NCBI RefSeq assembly: GCF_947501785.1
Contig: NZ_CANMXB010000001.1
Coordinates: forward strand, 1,319,048-1,383,047
Reading direction: 5' to 3'
Source of the DNA: an uncultured Litoreibacter sp.
GTDB lineage: Bacteria > Pseudomonadota > Alphaproteobacteria > Rhodobacterales > Rhodobacteraceae
DNA: 64,000 bases
The notes beneath the pieces were generated by a model. It did no database searches and had not been told where the DNA came from. It saw only the letters and a list, made by a program, of their open reading frames with translations. Position numbers and translations under genes: made by a program. Below, one piece after another: positions 55,107-62,995 of this stretch (position 1 is its first letter; every line of letters begins with the position of its first letter).

Positions 55107-55984
55107 TTTCAAAGCAACAAAAGGGTTTCAACGCCCTGTCGCGCTACCTGCAAAAGCCGATGCTGGCCCATGTCGGCAACCAACGGTTGTTGAACCGGAT
55201 CTTCGGCCTGATGGCCTATTCCATGAAGCCGCTGCCCGGCACCCAAGACAACATGACCGCGCTGGGTGGCGTGCCCACACGGCAGATGACGCCGCCACAG
55301 GCCGCAGGAAACACGCTGCTCTACCTGCATGGCGGCGGCTTCACCATCGGGTCGTCCTTCACCTACCGCTGGCTGGCCGCGCGCATTGCCGATCAGATCG
55401 GGGCCACGGCCTACCTGCCTGATTACCGGCTTGGCGACCGCCACGCCTACCCCGCCGCGCCCGAGGATTGCCTCGCCGCCTACCGCGCGTTGTTGCAGCA
55501 GACCGACGCCAAGCGGATCGTGATCGCAGGCGACAGCGCGGGAGGGTGCCTCGCGCTGAACACCCTGACCCGAGCGGCAGAACAGGGCCTGCCCATGCCA
55601 GCCGCCTTGGGGCTGCTGTCACCGTTGACCGACCTGACGGGGTCCAGCGCCAGCAGGCAGGCATTCCGCGACACCGATATGGTGCTGCCCCATTCCTGGG
55701 TGACCAGCTCCACCGCACGCTATTTGGCCGGGCATGACGCCACAGATTCGCAGGCCTCGCCCGCCTTTGCCGATCTGTCTACGTTGCCTCCGACGCTGGT
55801 GCAGATCGCCGAAGGAGAGATGTTCTTCGACGAGGCCGTGGCCTTGGGGGACACCATTCCCGACGCCTCGGTCGACATTTGGCAGGACGTTCCGCATGGA
55901 TGGCAACTGGCCGCGGGCCGCAGCCCCGAAGCAGACGAGGCCGTGACGCGCATGGCAGCTTTCCTGAGGTCCCATCTGCCGTGA
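55103..55984 (+). CDS. alpha/beta hydrolase (HSL/esterase-lipase type)
   Basis: 293 aa. Oxyanion 'YLHGGGF', nucleophile elbow 'GDSAGG' and a late 'DVPHGW' are present. It has an ATGA overlap with the exonuclease stop and a GTGA overlap with the ligase start. Confidence 0.85.
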   Translation: MISKQQKGFNALSRYLQKPMLAHVGNQRLLNRIFGLMAYSMKPLPGTQDNMTALGGVPTRQMTPPQAAGNTLLYLHGGGFTIGSSFTYRWLAARIADQIGATAYLPDYRLGDRHAYPAAPEDCLAAYRALLQQTDAKRIVIAGDSAGGCLALNTLTRAAEQGLPMPAALGLLSPLTDLTGSSASRQAFRDTDMVLPHSWVTSSTARYLAGHDATDSQASPAFADLSTLPPTLVQIAEGEMFFDEAVALGDTIPDASVDIWQDVPHGWQLAAGRSPEADEAVTRMAAFLRSHLP

Positions 55985-57576
55985 AACGCTTCGCCCAACT
56001 CTTCACGGCGCTGGACCAGACCACCAAGACCAACGCCAAGGTGGCCGCGCTCGCGTCCTATTTCAGGGACGCATCCGATACCGACAAGCTGTGGACCATC
56101 GCGCTGTTGTCGGGCCGCCGCCCCAAACGCGGGGTGACCACCACATTGCTGCGCGAATGGGCGGCGGGGAAAGCGGGAATCCCGCTCTGGCTATTCGAGG
56201 AATGCTACCCCATCGTGGGCGACCTGTCGGAGACCATCGCGCTGGTGCTGCCGCCGGCCACTGGCACCTCGGACCGCACGCTGACCGCTTGGATCGAGGT
56301 GGTGCGCGACATCGGCAAACACGAGGTCGCGACCAAGAAAGAGATCATCCTCAACGCATGGGACAGCCTGCCCCCCATCGAACGCTTCCTGTTCAACAAG
56401 CTCATCACCGGCGGGCTGCGCATCGGGGTTAGCCAAAAGCTGATGACCCGCGCGCTGGCACAGGCCACCGAGATCGAGGAGGCCACCCTTGCCCACCGCC
56501 TGATGGGCGACTGGACACCCGACACCACCACTTTCGAAGACCTGATCCTGTCGGAAAACCCGGAGGCTGACGCCTCCAAGCCCTACCCGTTCTATCTGGC
56601 TTATCAGTTGGAAGACCTTGAAGCACTCGGCCCGCCCGAGGACTGGCGCGCCGAATGGAAATGGGACGGCATTCGCGGGCAATTGGTGATCCGGCGCGGC
56701 GCCCATCACCTGTGGTCGCGCGGGGAGGAGCTGATCACCGACCGCTTCCCCGAATTCGCCATGCTGCGCGACTTCGTCCCTGACGGCACCGTCTTTGACG
56801 GCGAAATACTGGCCTGGGACCACACGGCCGACGCGCCGCAATCCTTCAACGCGCTGCAACCACGTATCGGCCGCAAAACCGTGCCCAAAAAGCTGCTCAA
56901 AGAAGCGCCGGCAGTGCTTTACGCCTATGACCTGCTTGAGCATCAAGGCACCGACATCCGCGGCCAGCCCTATGACGTCAGACGCAAACACCTCGCCGAA
57001 ACTATCGCCGCCCTGCCGCCCGACGCCCCGATCTGCCTGTCGGCCAACGAGCCATTTGCGGATTGGGCCGCACTTGGCCAGCTGCGCGAGATCTCCCGCG
57101 ACCGGTTGGCAGAAGGCTTCATGCTGAAACGCGGCGACAGCCCCTACCGGTCGGGCCGCAAAAAGGGCGATTGGTGGAAATGGAAGGTCGACCCGCTGAT
57201 GATCGATGCGGTGATGATCTATGCGCAAGCAGGATCGGGCCGGCGCGCCAACCTGTTCACCGACTTCACCTTCGCCGTGCGCAACGGCAACGAGCTGGTC
57301 CCGTTCACAAAGGCCTATTCCGGCCTGACGGATGCCGAATTCCGCCAGATCACCGCTTGGGTCAAACGCAACACGGTGCAAAAATTTGGCCCCGTGCGGC
57401 AGGTCACCCCACAACATGTGTTCGAGATCGCATTCGAGGGCATCCAGAAATCCCCCCGACACAAATCCGGCGTGGCCCTGCGCTTTCCGCGCATGTCCCG
57501 CTGGCGGCATGATAAGCCGATAGACGAGGCAAACACGCTGGACGACCTCAACGAAATGCTGGAACAATACGGCTAA
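55981..57576 (+). CDS. ATP-dependent DNA ligase (ligase-associated/cisplatin damage response type)
   Basis: Trimmed to the GTG at 55981, giving 531 aa. Adenylation motif I 'EWKWDGIRG'. 'MLKRGDSPYRSGRKKGDWWKWK' and 'RFPRMSRWRHDK' are typical ligase motifs. Confidence 0.9.
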   Translation: MKRFAQLFTALDQTTKTNAKVAALASYFRDASDTDKLWTIALLSGRRPKRGVTTTLLREWAAGKAGIPLWLFEECYPIVGDLSETIALVLPPATGTSDRTLTAWIEVVRDIGKHEVATKKEIILNAWDSLPPIERFLFNKLITGGLRIGVSQKLMTRALAQATEIEEATLAHRLMGDWTPDTTTFEDLILSENPEADASKPYPFYLAYQLEDLEALGPPEDWRAEWKWDGIRGQLVIRRGAHHLWSRGEELITDRFPEFAMLRDFVPDGTVFDGEILAWDHTADAPQSFNALQPRIGRKTVPKKLLKEAPAVLYAYDLLEHQGTDIRGQPYDVRRKHLAETIAALPPDAPICLSANEPFADWAALGQLREISRDRLAEGFMLKRGDSPYRSGRKKGDWWKWKVDPLMIDAVMIYAQAGSGRRANLFTDFTFAVRNGNELVPFTKAYSGLTDAEFRQITAWVKRNTVQKFGPVRQVTPQHVFEIAFEGIQKSPRHKSGVALRFPRMSRWRHDKPIDEANTLDDLNEMLEQYG

Positions 57577-57577
57577 G

Positions 57578-57607
57578 TTTCATCTTGGCAAAAATATGCA
57601 AAATCCC
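57578..57607. repeat. dispersed intergenic repeat, tail type 2 variant (TTTCATCTTGGCAAAAATATGCAAAATCCC)
   Basis: It starts 2 nt after the ligase stop. The ATG inside ...AAAATATGCAAA... is the only available start for the next gene. Confidence 0.75.
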
Positions 57608-58480
57608 GATATCCCCATCAGCGCCGCCCCGCGTCCGGCGAGCACACCGCAGCAACAGGCCCCCGAGGGCGCGGTAGACACCCATATTCACGTGCTGGGC
57701 GCGCCGGATGAGTTCCCCCTGTCCCCATCCCGGGTCGAGGATCCAGCCGGCCTTACGATGGACGGCTTCCTCAACGCCTACAAAAGCCAATGTGCCACGC
57801 TCGGCATCCGCCGCACTGTGGTGGTGCATTCAATCCTGTACGGCGCGGACAACGCCGTTACCATCGAGGCCGTCCGCCGCCTTGGCGACGACGCACGCGG
57901 CATCGGCCTGCTGACCGACAACGCCACAGAAGCGCAGCTCGACGCCTTGGCAGAGGCCAACATCAAAGGCATCCGCCTGAACTATGTGCATGGCGGCGTG
58001 CTCAGCTGGGACGGCGCGAAGGCCCTTGCCCCCGCGCTCGCAGATCGCGGCATGCATCTGCAGATGCTGGTCAACTCTGACAAACATATGGCCGAAATCG
58101 CGGGCGATATCCGCGCGCTGCCATGCCCGGTCGTCTTCGACCATATTGGCTGGCCCGACGTCGCCGCGGGCCCCACCGAGCCTGGCTTTCAAGCTATGGT
58201 GGCCCTCGTCAAGGACGGCGCCGCCTATGTCAAACTTTCGGGCCTCTACCGCGTCTCAACCTCCCCGTGGCACGATACTGACCCGCTGGTCGAAGCGCTG
58301 GCACAGGCCAACCCAGAACGTTGCCTCTGGGGGTCCGACTTCCCCTATATCATGCTTGCGGATGCCGAGATGCCCGATGCCGGCCTTGCGCTTGACGCGT
58401 TCCACCGCGTGGTTTCCAGCGCCTCGGCGCGCCGGACCATCCTCGTTGACGCGCCGGTCGCGCTTTACGGGTTCGACTGA
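57596..58480 (+). CDS. amidohydrolase family protein (amidohydrolase_2 / LigI-like)
   Basis: 294 aa. 'AVDTHIHVLG' (HxH metal site), 'VFDHIGWP' and 'LWGSDFPY' are present. Confidence 0.85.
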   Translation: MQNPDIPISAAPRPASTPQQQAPEGAVDTHIHVLGAPDEFPLSPSRVEDPAGLTMDGFLNAYKSQCATLGIRRTVVVHSILYGADNAVTIEAVRRLGDDARGIGLLTDNATEAQLDALAEANIKGIRLNYVHGGVLSWDGAKALAPALADRGMHLQMLVNSDKHMAEIAGDIRALPCPVVFDHIGWPDVAAGPTEPGFQAMVALVKDGAAYVKLSGLYRVSTSPWHDTDPLVEALAQANPERCLWGSDFPYIMLADAEMPDAGLALDAFHRVVSSASARRTILVDAPVALYGFD

Positions 58481-58543
58481 CGCCACGTTTTCATTGCGAA
58501 GCCGGGTGAGCGTGCCAAAGTGGCGCCAATGTCAGGAGACCCT

Positions 58544-58834
58544 ATGCAAACCGTCCTAGAAGACTTTGTCACGACGCTCGCCCCAAAAGTGCGAGGCACC
58601 ATCAAAGGCACTGCCAAGCTGGTGATCAAGGATCACGGTGCGGTCATGTTGTCGGAAGACGGGGCCACGGCCACAGATGGAGACGCTGACGTGACGCTGA
58701 AAGCGTCCGAGAAAACCTTCCGCGCCATTCTGGACGGGTCACAAAATCCCATCATGGCGGTGATGTCGGGCAAGCTGAAGGTCGACGGTAACCAGATGCG
58801 CGCCCTGAAGGTCAGCGACATACTCACAGCGTGA
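58544..58834 (+). CDS. SCP2 sterol-binding domain-containing protein
   Basis: Trimmed to the ATG at 58544 (AGGAGA SD upstream), giving 96 aa. 'TFRAILDGSQNPIMAVMSGKLKVDGNQMRALKV' is a typical SCP2 C-terminus. Confidence 0.75.
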   Translation: MQTVLEDFVTTLAPKVRGTIKGTAKLVIKDHGAVMLSEDGATATDGDADVTLKASEKTFRAILDGSQNPIMAVMSGKLKVDGNQMRALKVSDILTA

Positions 58835-58924
58835 CCAAATTGAGCGGCTGCGCCGCACCCTATGCCCCTCGCTGATATCAGCGATATTGAGGGCTCCGCC
58901 CTCGGCGCATACGCGCCTTCACCC

Positions 58925-58947
58925 GGCATATTTTGAGCAGAAAGAAG
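58925..58947. repeat. dispersed intergenic repeat, tail type 2, reverse orientation
   Basis: GGCATATTTTGAGCAGAAAGAAG is the reverse complement of CTTCTTTCTGCTCAAAATATGCC. It lies between two convergent genes. Confidence 0.8.
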
Positions 58948-58951
58948 ACGT

Positions 58952-59728
58952 TCAGGCCGTTTTCAGAACCTTTGGGCGGTTGCCGGACTTCCATTGCCGC
59001 GCCGCGTCCCCAAACGCCTCGAATAGCGGTTTGGACACCGGGTCCTGCACCGCGCAATATTCGGGATGCCATTGCACCGACAGGCAAAATCCCGGCGCGT
59101 CCTTGATGTAGATTGCCTCGGGCGTGCCATCGGGTGCATAGCCGTCGATGATCACCCTCTCGCCCGCATCCTTGATACCCTGCCCGTGCAGCGTATTGGT
59201 CATCACCTCCGCATCGCCGAGGATTTGGTGGAAGGGGCCGCCTGCGGTGAATTTGACCGTGTGGCGCAACTCGAACTTTTCCTCCAAAGTGCCATCGGGC
59301 GGCATCCGGTGGTTCATGCGGCCCGGCAGGTCGCGGATTTCCGGGTAGAGCGTGCCGCCCATTGCCACATTGACCTCTTGAAAGCCCCGGCAGACGCCAA
59401 AGAATGGCAACCCTGAGGCCACGCAGGCGCGGATCAGCGGCAAGGCAACCCCGTCGCGTTCCCTGTCAAAGGCGCCATGCGCCTCGGTTGCGGGTTCGCC
59501 GTATTCCTCGGGGTGCACATTGGGCCGCCCACCGGTGAACAGGAAGCCGTCGCACATGTCCATCAGCTCAGACGTGGTCGCATAATCGGGGTTGGTGGGA
59601 ATGATCACAGGCAGCGCGCCCGTGGCGTCAGCCACGGCGTCGCAATTCATCTTGCCGCAGGCATAGGCGGGGTATTCGTCGTTGATCAGATACGAGTTGC
59701 CAATGATGCCAATGACAGGCCGAGACAT
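58952..59728 (-). CDS. gamma-glutamyl-gamma-aminobutyrate hydrolase family protein (class I glutamine amidotransferase-like, peptidase C26)
   Basis: Trimmed to the ATG at 59728, giving 258 aa. 'PFFGVCRGFQEVNVAMGG' (nucleophile Cys) and 'VQWHPE' are present. Confidence 0.88.
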   Translation of the reverse strand: MSRPVIGIIGNSYLINDEYPAYACGKMNCDAVADATGALPVIIPTNPDYATTSELMDMCDGFLFTGGRPNVHPEEYGEPATEAHGAFDRERDGVALPLIRACVASGLPFFGVCRGFQEVNVAMGGTLYPEIRDLPGRMNHRMPPDGTLEEKFELRHTVKFTAGGPFHQILGDAEVMTNTLHGQGIKDAGERVIIDGYAPDGTPEAIYIKDAPGFCLSVQWHPEYCAVQDPVSKPLFEAFGDAARQWKSGNRPKVLKTA

Positions 59729-59823
59729 GTGGTCACCTTCCCTAATTTTAGGCAACATACGCAAAAGGACGGCCCGGTGTCGAGCCGTCCCGCCGCACAT
59801 AGCATGTGCAGTTTAAGAAAGGC

Positions 59824-60252
59824 TTAGGCCTCTCCCGTGAGCACGGCCGCGTCGATGCCCGCCATGGCCGCAATCGCGTCATTGTCGGAGGTGTCGCCGG
59901 TGACCCCAACGGCCCCGATCACCGCCCCGCGTTTGTCGCGGACCAGAACGCCGCCAGGCACAGGCACGACCTGCCCGCCAAAGAGCCCGTTGACGGCTGT
60001 CATGAAGTAGTGCTGCTGCTCGGCGCGTGCCATCTGCGCGGTGCCCGCCATGCCCAGCATGACCGACCCGTAGGCCTTGCCATGCGCAATCGCAAAGCGG
60101 CCCGGCGCGGCGCCGTCCTCGCGTTCAAACGCTTTGACGTTGCCCCCCGCATCCAGCACCACCACCGAGAGCGGTTTAAGCTCCAGCTCCTGGCCCTTTG
60201 CAATCGCCTTCCGCACAATGGTGCGCGCCTTGTTCAACGAAATCTCAGCCAT
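59824..60252 (-). CDS. glcG: GlcG/HbpS family heme-binding protein (DUF336)
   Basis: 142 aa. 'LSVVVLDAGGNVKAFEREDGA' and 'GAVGVTGDTSDNDAIAA' are present. It lies downstream of glcB. Confidence 0.82.
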   Translation of the reverse strand: MAEISLNKARTIVRKAIAKGQELELKPLSVVVLDAGGNVKAFEREDGAAPGRFAIAHGKAYGSVMLGMAGTAQMARAEQQHYFMTAVNGLFGGQVVPVPGGVLVRDKRGAVIGAVGVTGDTSDNDAIAAMAGIDAAVLTGEA

Positions 60253-60265
60253 ACCGTCTCCATTT

Positions 60266-60331
60266 GGTTAGAAATATCCCGGGGGTGCGGGGGCGGGCCC
60301 CCGCGGATCGACGCGCGCAAGCGCGGCGAAA
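60266..60331. repeat. dispersed intergenic repeat (degenerate tail plus GGGGGCGGGCCCCC hairpin plus CGCGC-AA-GCGCG hairpin)
   Basis: GGTTAGAAATATCCCGGGGGTGCGGGGGCGGGCCCCCGCGGATCGACGCGCGCAAGCGCGGCGAAA aligns almost base for base with 32257..32312. Confidence 0.85.
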
Positions 60332-62470
60332 TCAGCTTGCTTTCAGCTCCAGCCGCCGCGCATGCAGCACCGGTTCGGTGTAGCCCGACGGCTGAACCCG
60401 CCCCTTGAAGACCAGATCGCAGGCCGCCTGAAAGGCGATGCCGTTATAGTCCGGCGCCATCGGGGTGTAGCTGGCGTCGCCCGCGTTCTGCTCATCCACA
60501 ACAGCCGCCATCTTCTGCATCGCGGCCATCACCTGCTGGCCGTTGACCACGTCGTGGTGCAGCCAGTTGGCCAAGGCTTGGCTGGATATGCGGCAGGTCG
60601 CGCGGTCCTCCATGAGGCCCACATTGTTGATATCCGGCACTTTTGAGCAGCCGACCCCCTGATCGATCCAGCGCACCACATAACCGAGAATGCCTTGCGC
60701 ATTGTTCTCCACCTCCCGCATGATCTGACCCTCGGTCCACATGCCGTAAGTTGCCAGCGGGATTTCCAAGATGGTCTCCACATGGCCGCGCCGGCCACCT
60801 TTCAAAAGCTTCTCCTGGACCGCGAAGACGTCAACCTTGTGGTAATGCAGCGCATGCAGCGTCGCCGCCGTGGGCGACGGCACCCAGGCGCAGTTGGCGC
60901 CCGATTTGGGATGCTCGATCTTCTGCTCCAGCATCGCCGCCATCATGTCCGGCATGGCCCACATCCCCTTGCCGATCTGCGCCTTGCCCGACAGCCCGCA
61001 TTCCAGCCCGATATCGACATTCTGGTTCTCGTAGCCGCCAATCCACGCCTTGCGCTTGATGAAATCCTTGCGCGAGAACGGCCCCGCCTCCATCGAGGTG
61101 TGGATTTCGTCGCCGGTGCGGTCCAGGAACCCGGTGTTGATGAACGCCACCCGAGACTTAGCGGCCCGGATGCACTCCTTCAAATTCACCGTGGTGCGGC
61201 GTTCCTCGTCCATGATGCCGATCTTCACCGTATTGGCGGGCAGGCCCAACGCCTGTTCCACCATGGTAAAAATCTCGTCGGTGAAGGCGACCTCTTCCGG
61301 CCCATGCATTTTGGGCTTCACCACATAGACGGAGCCCGTCACCGAGTTGCCGCCCTCGCGCTGCAGGTCATGCATCGCAATCAGCGTGGTGACCAGCGCG
61401 TCCATCAGCCCTTCGTAAATTTCGCCGCCGTCTCGGTCCAGCACGGCGGGGTTGGTCATCAAATGCCCGACATTGCGCACCAGCATCAGCGCGCGGCCCT
61501 TTACAACCACTTTGCCGCCATCCGGCCCGGTGTAGGTGCGGTCCCCATTCAGCACGCGGGTGATGGTCTTGCCGCCCTTTTCCAGCGTCTCCTCCAGATC
61601 GCCGCGCATCAGGCCCAGCCAGTTGCCATAGGCCAGCACCTTGTCTTCGGCATCCACGCAAGCCACCGAATCCTCGCAGTCCATGATCGCCGACATCGCG
61701 CTTTCCATCACCACATCGGCCAGCCCCGCCTGGTCGCGAGAACCGATCATATGGGTGCGGTCGAAGACAAGTTCGACATGCAAGCCATTGTTTTTCAACA
61801 ATATGGCGTCAGGCGCTTTAGGATGACCCCGGTAGCCCACAAATTTCTCAGGCGAGGCCAGCGGCATGTCGTCCACCATCAGCGCGCCGTCGCGCACCGA
61901 ATAGCGCCGGGCGTCGGCGTGGCTTGTCCCTTCCAACGGGAAGGCCTCGTCCAGAAACACCCGTGCGCGCGCCACAACCCGGGCACCGCGCCCCTTATCA
62001 TAGCCACCCTTGGATGGGGGCGTGCCCATAGCATCGGTGCCGTAGAACCCATCATAGAGCGAGCCCCAGCGGGCGTTTGCCGCGTTCAGCGCGTAGCGCG
62101 CATTGGTGATGGGCACCACCAGCTGCGGGCCCGCGATTGTCGCGATTTCTTCGTCCACATTGGCGGTGTCGATCTGAAAATCGCCCCCTTCGGGTACCAG
62201 ATACCCTATTTCTTGCAGAAACGCCTTATAGGCGGCGTGGTCATGGGTCTTGCCGCGATTTTCGACATGCCAGGCGTCAATCTGCCCCTGAATGGTTTCG
62301 CGTTTCTCCAGCAATGCGGCGTTGCGCGGCCCCATTTCGTGAGCCAGCTTCGACAGCGCGTCCCAAAACGTATCTGCCGAGACGCCAGTGCCCTCAAGCG
62401 CCTGATTTTCAATGAAATCCGCGAGGATTTTGTCGACAGCCAGCTCGGAGCGTGTGACGCGGTCAGTCAT
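60332..62470 (-). CDS. glcB: malate synthase G
   Basis: Trimmed to the ATG at 62470 (AAGGA SD upstream), giving 712 aa. The N-terminus '[21 protein letters not shown]' is typical, and the protein matches GlcB along its length ('[15 protein letters not shown]', '[21 protein letters not shown]'). Confidence 0.93.
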   Translation of the reverse strand: MTDRVTRSELAVDKILADFIENQALEGTGVSADTFWDALSKLAHEMGPRNAALLEKRETIQGQIDAWHVENRGKTHDHAAYKAFLQEIGYLVPEGGDFQIDTANVDEEIATIAGPQLVVPITNARYALNAANARWGSLYDGFYGTDAMGTPPSKGGYDKGRGARVVARARVFLDEAFPLEGTSHADARRYSVRDGALMVDDMPLASPEKFVGYRGHPKAPDAILLKNNGLHVELVFDRTHMIGSRDQAGLADVVMESAMSAIMDCEDSVACVDAEDKVLAYGNWLGLMRGDLEETLEKGGKTITRVLNGDRTYTGPDGGKVVVKGRALMLVRNVGHLMTNPAVLDRDGGEIYEGLMDALVTTLIAMHDLQREGGNSVTGSVYVVKPKMHGPEEVAFTDEIFTMVEQALGLPANTVKIGIMDEERRTTVNLKECIRAAKSRVAFINTGFLDRTGDEIHTSMEAGPFSRKDFIKRKAWIGGYENQNVDIGLECGLSGKAQIGKGMWAMPDMMAAMLEQKIEHPKSGANCAWVPSPTAATLHALHYHKVDVFAVQEKLLKGGRRGHVETILEIPLATYGMWTEGQIMREVENNAQGILGYVVRWIDQGVGCSKVPDINNVGLMEDRATCRISSQALANWLHHDVVNGQQVMAAMQKMAAVVDEQNAGDASYTPMAPDYNGIAFQAACDLVFKGRVQPSGYTEPVLHARRLELKAS

Positions 62471-62508
62471 GGAGAGAATCCTTGTATGCAATCGTACATG
62501 TTTCCTTT

Positions 62509-62538
62509 ACGAAACAAACTTCCTGAACGCAACAAACT
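62509..62538 (-). promoter_or_regulatory. 12-nt direct repeat pair (ACGAAACAAACT / ACGCAACAAACT) in the AT-rich glcB upstream region
   Basis: Copies at 62509..62520 and 62527..62538, spaced 18 nt start to start, 39-68 nt upstream of the glcB ATG. This is a candidate regulator-binding site with no known motif assigned. Confidence 0.3.
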
Positions 62539-62566
62539 GGTAAGAAAAAATTACCAATCCATCCGA

Positions 62567-62713
62567 TCAGGGGGATTTTGACCGCCTGCATCGCTCGGAG
62601 CAATATTTCACCTCCTTCCAGACCTTCGCCCATTTCTTGCGCCACGAGAACGGCAACCCGCACGTGGCGCAAGTCTTGGAAGACAGGTCGGGCTTCTTGC
62701 GCATCTTTGCCAT
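62567..62713 (-). CDS. DUF2256-like small zinc-ribbon protein (48 aa), not in the ORF track
   Basis: My translation is MAKMRKKPDLSSKTCATCGLPFSWRKKWAKVWKEVKYCSERCRRSKSP. 'C..CG..F.WRKKW...W..V.YCS..C' is the DUF2256 signature as I remember it. Confidence 0.65.
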   Translation of the reverse strand: MAKMRKKPDLSSKTCATCGLPFSWRKKWAKVWKEVKYCSERCRRSKSP

Positions 62714-62995
62714 CACATATCGCCCCGCCCCGTCCCATCAACACGGCACCTGCAGAAACCTGTCCGGCACCTCGGCCAGCTCGGGGCACCAGCGGCGACT
62801 GGCATACAAACCCGTCCCTCTGCCGCCAAGCGCAGCGCAGTATGGTCGCTGACCCGCACGTCGCGTTTCGGCCGATGGAACTTCGTCGTCATGCAATCGG
62901 ACCTAGCCGCGCATCGCGCAAAGGCAATCGCAGTTGCGCCGCCCTGACGCCCATGCCTATCTACACCCGACCCATTTGCCCGCAGGAGAGCCGCC

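Noticed and set aside
60695-62581. 628-aa plus-strand ORF
   Set aside because: It is antisense to malate synthase G, which matches GlcB along its full length. The ORF product is His/Arg/Gly/Pro-rich with no motif.
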